Assembly: GCA_964462325.1 (NCBI GenBank)
Contig: CAYWYQ010000001.1
Span: forward strand, 1-62,953
DNA length: 62,953 nt
Direction: 5' to 3'
Source: an uncultured Gammaproteobacteria bacterium
GTDB lineage: Bacteria > Patescibacteriota > Patescibacteriia > UBA9934
In this document: one piece after another, positions 1 through 6,269 of the stretch
Layout: each line of letters starts with the position of its first letter
Position numbering within the stretch: position 1 is the stretch's first letter
Translations under genes and position numbers: made by a program
Notes under the pieces: generated by a model
Seen by the model: the letters and a program-made list of their open reading frames with translations, nothing else
What the model was told of the DNA's origin: nothing
Databases searched by the model: none

Positions 1-375
1 ATTGCAGGGATGTTTCTCTGGTTTGGCTTTCAACAATTGCTTGATGCTTCGGCTTGGGTATTTTTCTTACCAGAATGGTTCGGATACATTCCTATTCCTG
101 GTGAAATAATCGTACAACTGAACGGATTAGTCGAAATTTTACTTGCGATTCTGTTGATTATTGGAGTATATGTTCGAATTATTGCAGCATTTCTTGCATT
201 GCATTTGTTCATGATCGCAGTAAGTATTGACGGTGCGACGGGAGTACGCGACCTTGTTTTAGCGATTTCAACAGGACTTCTTGCCTTGAATATGCCTGAC
301 AAATGGACGCTTGATGCAAAACAAAAGAAAGAAACACTGATAGAAAAACTGATACATACGTTTGCACGGAAATAA
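1..375 (+). CDS. DoxX-like integral membrane protein; the 5' end may lie upstream of the window
   Basis: ORF 10..375 stays open in frame back to base 1. Hydrophobic helices (GLVEILLAILLIIGVYVRIIAAFLALHLF) are arranged as in DoxX proteins. Confidence 0.5.
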   Translation: MAGMFLWFGFQQLLDASAWVFFLPEWFGYIPIPGEIIVQLNGLVEILLAILLIIGVYVRIIAAFLALHLFMIAVSIDGATGVRDLVLAISTGLLALNMPDKWTLDAKQKKETLIEKLIHTFARK

Positions 376-413
376 AAAAGAAGCCGACAATGTCGACTCG
401 AGATGGTAGGGCT

Positions 414-665
414 TCATTCAGCTATTGGATGATCAGCGTCATGATCCATACATGTAGCTATTGTAGAAATGAGAAACCACGTAAGTGCGAACACCGTACA
501 ATTGAATAGGGCAATAGCCATAATTTCTGGCATCAAACTCAGTAGTAATTGCGACGGTGTGAGAATCGTGCACGCGATTACGTTTAGCATGCTCCAGAGG
601 AATGCTGCGCAGAGAATTAAAACTAGTTTATTGGCGAATTGCTTGCCTGGGCTCATTTGGTCCAT
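414..665 (-). CDS. small integral membrane protein, unknown function
   Basis: ATG at 665 lies 5 nt after AGGAGG. Hydrophobic helices and an acidic C-terminus. Preceded by the conserved 32-bp block 681-712. Confidence 0.45.
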   Translation of the reverse strand: MDQMSPGKQFANKLVLILCAAFLWSMLNVIACTILTPSQLLLSLMPEIMAIALFNCTVFALTWFLISTIATCMDHDADHPIAE

Positions 666-680
666 AGGCACCTCCTGATT

Positions 681-712
681 TCAGGATATTGTATTGACTT
701 GTTTTGTCAATT
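681..712 (-). promoter_or_regulatory. conserved 32-bp upstream block (copy 1) containing the inverted repeat TTGAC-N7-GTCAA and TACAAT
   Basis: TCAGGATATTGTATTGACTTGTTTTGTCAATT is identical to 997-1028. On the minus strand it reads AATTGACAAAACAAGTCAATACAATATCCTGA just upstream of the SD. Confidence 0.5.
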
Positions 713-750
713 TAAGTATCAAAGATGGTATAAAAATAAAAACCGACCAA

Positions 751-981
751 TCACTGGTCGATAGAGTTGTCGATTTCTTGCATGCCTGTTTCAAGAAAAT
801 CATACAATAGTCCAGGAAGTATTGATCCAAATAGCAGAGCAATATTTGCAAGGAATGCTGTTATGAGAGCAGGTAATATCGGTAAGAATGATTCTGTTGG
901 TATTAATCCGGTGATTACGATAAGGTTCATTATTCCCCACATGAAGAGCTTAAATTTGAGCGTGTAGAAATAATCATCCAT
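751..981 (-). CDS. small integral membrane protein, unknown function
   Basis: ATG at 981 follows GGGAGGTG. Hydrophobic helices plus an acidic tail. Preceded by the second copy of the 32-bp block. Confidence 0.45.
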   Translation of the reverse strand: MDDYFYTLKFKLFMWGIMNLIVITGLIPTESFLPILPALITAFLANIALLFGSILPGLLYDFLETGMQEIDNSIDQ

Positions 982-996
982 TTTCACCTCCCTAGT

Positions 997-1028
997 TCAG
1001 GATATTGTATTGACTTGTTTTGTCAATT
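997..1028 (-). promoter_or_regulatory. conserved 32-bp upstream block (copy 2)
   Basis: Perfect repeat of 681-712. On the plus strand it also supplies TTGACT-17 nt-TACCAT upstream of rpmG. Confidence 0.5.
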
Positions 1029-1058
1029 CTGATACCATGCGCCCATAGTAAAACAAAT

Positions 1059-1229
1059 ATGTCACAGGACTATCTTATTAAACTTGAATCAGAAGGTGAT
1101 GAAGCTGGAGTAGGGAAGGGACACATGATCCAAACCCACAAAAATACTCGTAAGCTGAAGGATCGGCTGAGAATTAGGAAATTTAATCCTGTAGCCAAGA
1201 AACATACTTGGTATAAGGAAACTAAATAA
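1059..1229 (+). CDS. rpmG: 50S ribosomal protein L33
   Basis: The C-terminus DRLRIRKFNPVAKKHTWYKETK matches the L33 signature. ATG 1059 gives the usual ~56 aa; the track start at 1020 is an upstream extension. Confidence 0.8.
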   Translation: MSQDYLIKLESEGDEAGVGKGHMIQTHKNTRKLKDRLRIRKFNPVAKKHTWYKETK

Positions 1230-1237
1230 AATCTTAA

Positions 1238-1345
1238 ATCACATCATTTATCGGCTTAGATGCTCAAATTCGTCCTCAACGTACGTTTCAGTACTTCTGC
1301 GGAAATTCTTGCATCTGCACCGAGAACTAATGCAATTTAAGAATT
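1238..1345 (+). repeat. LH (long-hairpin) element, diverged copy
   Basis: Apex GTACGTTTCAGTAC at 1281-1294. Flanks align with the copies at 13469 and 52421 (GATCTATCGGCTTA...CCTCA.CGTAC). Confidence 0.6.
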
Positions 1346-1358
1346 TATTTCAGAGAAA

Positions 1359-1385
1359 AGAACGCTATTCAGCGTTCTTTTTTTT
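1359..1385 (+). terminator. intrinsic terminator downstream of rpmG
   Basis: AGAACGCT-ATTC-AGCGTTCT forms an 8-bp stem followed by T7. Confidence 0.75.
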
Positions 1386-1399
1386 ACGTCTGATAAATT

Positions 1400-1500
1400 T
1401 GCGATCTATCGTTTCATATTTCCGTCGCTCGACACCGGACTTTTGGGTACGATTTACTACGCTACTCAATCTTCAACGATATATCATCTTAATTTTTATA
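1400..1500 (+). repeat. LH element, degenerate copy
   Basis: GCTCGACACCGGACTTTTGGGTACGATTTACT aligns with the centres of the copies at 3985 and 13764. Confidence 0.45.
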
Positions 1501-1514
1501 GAACACTTCCAAGT

Positions 1515-1551
1515 AGATTTCTCCATTCACTAACGCTCGGTCGAAATGACG
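1515..1551 (-). repeat. GTCATTTCGACCGAGC-type short repeat (inverted copy)
   Basis: The reverse complement CGTCATTTCGACCGAGCGTTAGTGAATGGAGAAATCT matches 9196-9232. Confidence 0.6.
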
Positions 1552-1563
1552 ATACAATATCCT

Positions 1564-1627
1564 TTAGTTGCTTAGCGAATTAGCTATTAACGTGTAGGGA
1601 GTAGTCGATTAGCAACGTAGCTATGAG
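1564..1627. repeat. TAGC-phased short tandem array
   Basis: TTAGTTGCTTAGCGAATTAGCTATTAAC...TAGGGAGTAGTCGATTAGCAACGTAGCTATGAGC. TAGC recurs every 7-8 nt, as at 8971, 9112 and 40971. Confidence 0.6.
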
Positions 1628-1708
1628 CCCGTTGCTTATCGAAAGGTCGGCACCTCTGGAAGATGTCCGTACCTTAGTACGCCGAGGTTGAACCTCGAAT
1701 GTGGATAA
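1628..1708. repeat. composite short repeats: ATCGAAAGGTC hairpin motif, CGAGGTTGAACCTCG palindrome and TGTGGATAA
   Basis: TTGCTTATCGAAAGGTCGGCACCTC, then CGAGGTTGAACCTCG (1683-1697), then TGTGGATAA (1700-1708, reverse complement of the DnaA-box 9-mer). Confidence 0.6.
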
Positions 1709-1756
1709 GTGGGGTGATACTGGAGTGTTAAATCAGGCCTGTGTTAATCTATACGT

Positions 1757-2356
1757 ATGAATACTCTGTCTCCTACGCGTACATTTGAAACAAAAATATT
1801 TAACGCCGGATATGGTTCTATTGTTGGTGTTGATGAAGCAGGTGCGGGGGCTCTTGCTGGCCCTGTTGTTGCAGGAGCAGTCATATTGCATCCAGAAAAA
1901 CAAATTGTTGGACTTGCAGACTCAAAAAAACTTACATCGAAGAAACGTGATGCTCTTTATTCTGCAATACTGCAGGATGCAGAAAGTTGGGCATTTGGTA
2001 TGGCGACCGCAAAAGAAATCATGGATATTGGAATCAGGCCTGCAAATTACCTTGCTATGCGTCGCGCGATAGAAAAAATCAAACAGGCAGAATATGCTCT
2101 GGTAGATGCATGGACGATTCCAGATCTGCACATTCCTCAAGAGGGTATTATTCATGGCGATGCCCTCGTAGAATCTATTGCGGCAGCCTCCATTATTGCA
2201 AAAGTCACAAGAGATAGAATGATGATTGATTATCATGAAAAATATTCAAAATACGGTTTTGATGGTCATAAGGGATATGGAACAAAGAAACATCGCGCAG
2301 CAATAGCTAAACATGGTCCATGCGACATTCACAGGCTAAATTTCAGCCTTATATAA
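1757..2356 (+). CDS. rnhB: ribonuclease HII
   Basis: GVDEAGAGALAGPVVAGAV, DSKKLTSKKR and HKGYGTKKH motifs; ~200 aa. Confidence 0.9.
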   Translation: MNTLSPTRTFETKIFNAGYGSIVGVDEAGAGALAGPVVAGAVILHPEKQIVGLADSKKLTSKKRDALYSAILQDAESWAFGMATAKEIMDIGIRPANYLAMRRAIEKIKQAEYALVDAWTIPDLHIPQEGIIHGDALVESIAAASIIAKVTRDRMMIDYHEKYSKYGFDGHKGYGTKKHRAAIAKHGPCDIHRLNFSLI

Positions 2357-2358
2357 CT

Positions 2359-2616
2359 ATGAAGGACTTACGAGAATTGATGAATACGATCGAAAAAGCA
2401 AAAGAGAAAGTATTGATTGGAGAAAAATACAAGCATTATAAAGGTGGCGTGTACACCATTCTTGATATTGTGCTTTTTGAACATGATGCAGATGCAATGG
2501 TCATTTACCAAGATGCGGTACACCCTGATTTAAAATGGGGAAGGAAATTGTCAGAGTTCTTAGAAAAAATAGAGGACAGTCCTCGATTTGAACATGTGAA
2601 TGAAGGTCGCGCATGA
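2359..2616 (+). CDS. DUF1653-like protein
   Basis: YKHYKGGVYTILD motif. ATG 2359 lies directly after the rnhB stop; the track start at 2320 overlaps rnhB. Confidence 0.55.
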   Translation: MKDLRELMNTIEKAKEKVLIGEKYKHYKGGVYTILDIVLFEHDADAMVIYQDAVHPDLKWGRKLSEFLEKIEDSPRFEHVNEGRA

Positions 2617-2666
2617 ATACTTTACAGTCGAGTATTAAATTGAGATAATGATCTATACATTTGTTT

Positions 2667-3383
2667 ATGATGAAGAAATCAGATTGTTATTATGCAAGTG
2701 CGGATGAGATGGAAAAATTGGACCGCATCGCGGTGGAATCCGGCCTTGAAGTCATGCAAATGATGGAGTTAGCAGGTTGGCATATGCTGGGTGTCTTCAA
2801 AAGAATGCGCATTAAAAAATCATCACATATTGCAATCGTGGTTGGTCCTGGCAATAAAGGAGGGGATGGTCTAGCGGCGGCAAGACATTTAATAAATCAC
2901 GGGTACAATGTTCAACTCATTTTGATGACGGCTAAAGTAAAAACAGACGCAAAACACCATTTACGATTAGCAGAAACAACAAATACACCGATTTGGTATT
3001 GGAACAAGGAATCATCAAGATGTGTAAGGATTCTCGGTATGGCGGATGTCATTATTGATGCATTAATTGGGTATCATCTAGAGGGGACACCGCGTAATCA
3101 GTATCGGGATGTTATTGAGGGAATAAATATGCAAAAAGCAAAAATCATTTCTTATGATTTACCGACGGGCGTTGATCCAACGACCGGAATTCCAACAGCC
3201 GTTTCGATCAAGGCATTTGCGACACTCACACTCGCTTTACCAAAGAAGTTATTCGAAACAAAAAAAGGAAGGAAGGTATCCGGGAGGATTTTTCTTGCAG
3301 ATATAGGAATACCGGCTATTTTGTATGACCAAATTCAAGCGCGGTGTAGACCAAATTTTAGAGGGGGTATGATTGAGCTTTAG
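2667..3383 (+). CDS. NAD(P)H-hydrate epimerase (YjeF N-terminal domain protein)
   Basis: VVGPGNKGGDGLAAARHL motif. First ATG at 2667; the track start at 2661 is TTG. Confidence 0.75.
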   Translation: MMKKSDCYYASADEMEKLDRIAVESGLEVMQMMELAGWHMLGVFKRMRIKKSSHIAIVVGPGNKGGDGLAAARHLINHGYNVQLILMTAKVKTDAKHHLRLAETTNTPIWYWNKESSRCVRILGMADVIIDALIGYHLEGTPRNQYRDVIEGINMQKAKIISYDLPTGVDPTTGIPTAVSIKAFATLTLALPKKLFETKKGRKVSGRIFLADIGIPAILYDQIQARCRPNFRGGMIEL

Positions 3384-3629
3384 TTATTTACGACGAATGA
3401 GGAAGGTTAGGTAAATAATAAGAGCGACAGATGCAGCGATAAGATGTGTTTGAGGTATTTTAAGAATGTGAGGATAATATATTTCCAGGTCAAGGATATT
3501 GAAATAATTAATAATCATTATATCTCCTGTACGAATAGCTTGTACAATCAGAATAATCATATGTATAGACGCAGAGAAAAGCATTGTTTTCAATAGGGCG
3601 TCAATGTATTTATTGTGATGAATTTTCAT
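3384..3629 (-). CDS. small membrane protein, unknown function
   Basis: 81-aa ORF with three hydrophobic segments, convergent with the upstream gene. No homology recognised. Confidence 0.35.
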   Translation of the reverse strand: MKIHHNKYIDALLKTMLFSASIHMIILIVQAIRTGDIMIINYFNILDLEIYYPHILKIPQTHLIAASVALIIYLTFLIRRK

Positions 3630-3648
3630 ATAGGTCTATTCTAACAGA

Positions 3649-3677
3649 TTGACTGAGAGTTATTTTTCTTTTACAAT
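3649..3677 (+). promoter_or_regulatory. sigma70-type promoter for tRNA-Thr
   Basis: TTGACT (3649-3654), 17-nt spacer, TACAAT (3672-3677), about 25 nt upstream of the tRNA. Confidence 0.6.
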
Positions 3678-3701
3678 TGCAGCGCATTTTGGACTGTTCT
3701 A

Positions 3702-3777
3702 GCCGCGATAGCTCAGTTGGTAGAGCGCTTCCATGGTAAGGAAGAGGTCTCGGGTTCAAATCCCGATCGTGGCTCCA
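3702..3777 (+). tRNA. tRNA-Thr (anticodon GGT) with encoded CCA
   Basis: Hand-folded cloverleaf: acceptor GCCGCGA/TCGTGGC, D arm GCTC/GAGC, anticodon arm CTTCC-ATGGTAA-GGAAG, T arm TCGGG-TTCAAAT-CCCGA; 76 nt. Confidence 0.92.
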
Positions 3778-3784
3778 TGAAATA

Positions 3785-3811
3785 ATCTCAGTCGAAAGAC
3801 TGGGATTTTTT
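3785..3811 (+). terminator. intrinsic terminator after tRNA-Thr
   Basis: ATCTCAGTC-GAAA-GACTGGGAT forms a 9-bp stem with a GAAA loop, followed by T6. Confidence 0.8.
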
Positions 3812-3823
3812 CATAGTTTTGTT

Positions 3824-3837
3824 TCGGGATTTGAACC
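3824..3837 (-). repeat. inverted 14-nt copy of the tRNA-Thr T-arm
   Basis: TCGGGATTTGAACC is the reverse complement of GGTTCAAATCCCGA (3753-3766). Confidence 0.6.
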
Positions 3838-3944
3838 ACAGGGGATGGTAAGGGGAAGTATTCCCCTTACATGCTGGGGGTGACGTGTTGAGGTGCAGCT
3901 GAAACCACCAGAGGGGTGGAAACCCCTATGGGGAGCGGAGCGAC
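3838..3944 (+). other. GC-rich structured spacer (candidate RNA or relic), function unknown
   Basis: Two near-perfect hairpins: GTAAGGGGAA-GTA-TTCCCCTTAC and AGGGGT-GGAA-ACCCCT. G+C is clearly above the surroundings and no credible ORF is present. Confidence 0.25.
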
Positions 3945-3969
3945 GTTCAATTTCCCGATCGTGGCTCCA
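3945..3969 (+). repeat. direct repeat of the tRNA-Thr 3' end (att-like remnant)
   Basis: GTTCAATTTCCCGATCGTGGCTCCA. The last 16 nt are identical to tRNA positions 3762-3777. No matching 5' tRNA half is present. Confidence 0.7.
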
Positions 3970-3984
3970 TTTAGAACTTGTCTT

Positions 3985-4075
3985 TTTCTTCCTATACGTT
4001 GTCACAACTCCGGTGCTCGACACCGTACCTTTCAGTACGGCTTACTCTTGCTCCTCATTGTTCCTAGTATAGAAA
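3985..4075 (+). repeat. LH element, diverged copy
   Basis: GCTCGACACCGTACCTTTCAGTACGGCTTACT (apex 4024-4039) aligns with the centre of 13764-13886. Confidence 0.5.
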
Positions 4076-4097
4076 GAAAAATCCTACGTTTGTAAAA

Positions 4098-4113
4098 TCA
4101 AAATCGGGCTCCA
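4098..4113 (+). repeat. second degenerate copy of the tRNA-Thr 3' end
   Basis: TCAAAATCGGGCTCCA resembles TTCAAATCCCGATCGTGGCTCCA with an internal deletion. Confidence 0.4.
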
Positions 4114-4140
4114 TTAGGTTAGAGTTTCAGGTGACCAATA

Positions 4141-4165
4141 AGAAAACCGAGGCGTGATGTCTCGG
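4141..4165 (-). terminator. intrinsic terminator for the small minus-strand ORF
   Basis: On the minus strand: CCGAG-ACATCACGC-CTCGG followed by TTTTCT. Confidence 0.45.
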
Positions 4166-4191
4166 AAGATTATTTGAGAATATGGCGGTAT

Positions 4192-4365
4192 TCACGGCGA
4201 CCCGTGACTATCAGTGTGTACAGCATTTGTACCGCATTCCTGCACATAACTTGTAAACAAGAATATGGCGAAGACGAAGAAGACAACGATGGCACGACCG
4301 GTCGTACCACTACTTTTTTGATCCTGATTATCATCCCAGTCGGCAATTTTGTTTTCTGAACTCAC
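4192..4365 (-). CDS. small membrane protein (57 aa), unknown function
   Basis: GTG start 2 nt after GGAGGTG (SD core GGAGG 4 nt upstream). One TM segment (AIVVFFVFAIFLF). It has its own promoter and terminator. Below the 60-aa ORF-track cutoff. Confidence 0.4.
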   Translation of the reverse strand: MSSENKIADWDDNQDQKSSGTTGRAIVVFFVFAIFLFTSYVQECGTNAVHTDSHGSP

Positions 4366-4389
4366 GACACCTCCAATATTTTCAGTCTG

Positions 4390-4440
4390 AGATTACCAAA
4401 TGTAATGTATATTGACAATGAGTTTTTTGATAGGTAATTT
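4390..4440. promoter_or_regulatory. back-to-back divergent promoters sharing the palindromic -35 ATTGACAAT
   Basis: Plus strand: TTGACA (4412-4417), 17 nt, TAATTT (4435-4440). Minus strand: TTGTCA (4418-4413), 17 nt, TAATCT (4395-4390). Confidence 0.5.
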
Positions 4441-4474
4441 ATTCATAGTCCTTTACACCTACAGGAGATCATCC

Positions 4475-5316
4475 ATGTACCGGAACCCCCAAAGAGAAGA
4501 GGCAGCAAAACTGGCGGCGAGGCATGCAATCAAGCATCTTGGTCTAAAACATATGAAGGCCCCTTCTATCGCGATTGTTCTTGGAACCGGATGGGGGATG
4601 CAATTCATTTCAATAATGAACGCGCCATCTCCCTTGCGGTCATTCCGGGATTCGAATACCTACGAGAAATGAATGTAGTTGCTGGTCACGACAAACAACT
4701 TGTGACGGGTACACTCGCTGGAAAGCAGGTATTGGCCCTACGTGGTCGAATTCATCTCAATGAAGACCCTGTGCAGACAGGGAATGTCATGAACATGGTA
4801 CGCCTGCAGGCCGAGATGTTGTTTCAGATGGGCGTGCATAAACTCATTCTGACCTGTGCGGCTGGGAGCTTGGTTCTTCCTGTTGAGGTCGGTCAGGTGG
4901 TCATTGTACGCAACTTTGTACTTCCAGCGAGCATTGTTCTTCCCCTTTGGGGAGGGGAATTTGTCATGCCGGAAGACGCGTTTACGCCTGAGCTCGCCAA
5001 AATGGCTCGTCATGAGAAAACAGGCTTACATGTTTCATACGGGTCTTATGCCTATGTGCGTGGTCCTGGTTTTGAGGGGAGAGCCAGAGACAAGGAGAAC
5101 CTCAGACGTGCAGGTGCAGACATTGTTGGGATGAGCATGGTGCCGAGTGCGGCGATTGCATGTCTCTATCGGTCGGATGGAGTGCAGACACTTGGTCTTG
5201 CCTATATCACCAATGATGCTATCGAAGAACATTCCCATGAGGAAAATCGTGCGAGAGCACTTGCTGATCAGGAGGGATTGGCAGAATACCTGAGGTCTAT
5301 TGTCGGAAAACTCTAA
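4475..5316 (+). pseudogene. purine nucleoside phosphorylase family gene interrupted by a -1 frameshift in a G5 run
   Basis: ORF 4412..4672 carries ...IAIVLGTGWG. ORF 4591..5316 continues DAIHFNNERAISLAVIPGFEYL...VAGHDKQLVTGTLAGKQVLALRGRIH. The frames join at GGGGG 4593-4597. AGGAG lies 7 nt before ATG 4475. Confidence 0.75.
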
Positions 5317-5321
5317 CGAAT

Positions 5322-5350
5322 ACATGCCAACTATACCGGCGTGTTTTTTT
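5322..5350 (+). terminator. intrinsic terminator after the PNP gene
   Basis: ACATGCC-loop-GGCGTGT forms a 7-bp stem (one G-U pair) followed by T7. Confidence 0.6.
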
Positions 5351-5352
5351 GT

Positions 5353-5389
5353 AAAAGAAAAACCGCCTCGCTTAGTCGCGTTGGCGGTT
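5353..5389 (-). terminator. intrinsic terminator after the amidase-like gene
   Basis: AACCGCC/GGCGGTT stem with a 15-nt loop, followed on the minus strand by a T-rich run. Confidence 0.5.
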
Positions 5390-5401
5390 CTGGAGTCGGA
5401 A

Positions 5402-6118
5402 CTACAATCCGTCGGGATTATAGTTCTTCGGCCTGTAGACGTAAAACAATGCTTGCTGATTGTAGTCGTCGTTCAGGTCTCCGAGTCCGATGTCCGTCTT
5501 CCCGATCCCAGTGGTTCCCTGGTAGGTAAGACGGATTCGGTTGTAGTCTGTACGCGACTGGTCGACGCTGGTCACGATCATGCTGTGATCGATGTGGCCG
5601 TCCGCATCCCAATCGGCGAAGATGACATCTCCGTACCAGACGAGCATAACATCCATCCACGCCGTTGCCGTGTCGTGGGTGATGTACCGGAAATGCAAAC
5701 CGCGATAGGTCGGCAGATTCTGGTCTGCGTACTGGAACATTTGATGTGCACCAGTGAATGCAGGCCCTCGGTCAGAGTCACTTCGCCAGTACCACTGCAG
5801 GCTGTAATTGCCCGTGGCGTCGATGTCGAAGTTCCACCGCTCATCGAACACACGATCCATTCGCAGCTTCTTGCTAAGTCCGGCGATGATCACCTGACTC
5901 ACGAAGTTGGTGCAGTTCCCACCGTCGATCAGGTTTCTGTTGCTATCGAGGTTGTCGTAGTCACGGAAGGGGTTCTGGTCGGGCGCAGAGCCGTACGAGG
6001 TTTGATGATGCGTCACCGCATACCAAACCGCGAAACGCGGATTGTAGCGCCGCGGTTCGTCTGCAAGTGTGCTTGCACCGAACATCAACATCGCAAAAAA
6101 GAGCAGAAATTGGCGCAT
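5402..6118 (-). CDS. secreted putative amidase-domain protein
   Basis: Signal-peptide-like N-terminus MRQFLLFFAMLMFGASTLA. The GGNCTNFVSQ motif resembles the putative amidase (Amidase_6) family. G+C is clearly higher than in neighbouring genes. Confidence 0.5.
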   Translation of the reverse strand: MRQFLLFFAMLMFGASTLADEPRRYNPRFAVWYAVTHHQTSYGSAPDQNPFRDYDNLDSNRNLIDGGNCTNFVSQVIIAGLSKKLRMDRVFDERWNFDIDATGNYSLQWYWRSDSDRGPAFTGAHQMFQYADQNLPTYRGLHFRYITHDTATAWMDVMLVWYGDVIFADWDADGHIDHSMIVTSVDQSRTDYNRIRLTYQGTTGIGKTDIGLGDLNDDYNQQALFYVYRPKNYNPDGL

Positions 6119-6163
6119 TGCGCCTCCTATTTTTTTATTGCGACAGTAGTATCGCAGAACGAA

Positions 6164-6192
6164 ATAATACTATAAATTCGAGTGAATGTCAA
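6164..6192 (-). promoter_or_regulatory. promoter of the amidase-like gene
   Basis: Minus strand: TTGACA (6192-6187), 17 nt, TATTAT (6169-6164), with AGGAGG before the ATG. Confidence 0.55.
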
Positions 6193-6269
6193 TGCTGATG
6201 GTCACAAAAATGCAAAAAATACCTGAATATATTGTCGACAATCGTGACTAATGTTAGTGTAGAAACACT

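Noticed and set aside
3838-3944. SRP (4.5S) RNA, suggested by the GGAA-capped GC-rich hairpin.
   Set aside because: The hairpin is an almost perfect helix without the conserved symmetric and asymmetric internal loops. The 3'-side AGCA motif of SRP domain IV is missing, and no 5'/3' closing helix is evident.
3824-3969. A second tRNA, an intron-containing tRNA or a tmRNA downstream of tRNA-Thr.
   Set aside because: Only the 3' acceptor and part of the T-arm sequence is duplicated. The putative T-stem does not pair (AGCGA versus CCCGA). No matching 5' acceptor strand, D-arm or tag ORF is present on either strand.
4174-4359. 61-aa plus-strand ORF 4174..4359.
   Set aside because: It has no SD and no promoter. 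The opposite strand has a coherent promoter, SD, 57-aa TM-peptide ORF and terminator unit (4192..4365), which I consider the more likely reading, still at low confidence.
5300-6175. 291-aa plus-strand ORF antisense to the amidase-like gene, and other long antisense ORFs (23595..24035, 43104..43505, 54705..55118, 56654..57205).
   Set aside because: They lie opposite clearly conserved genes and have no recognisable motifs. The 5300 ORF is explained by the locally high G+C, which depletes stop codons.
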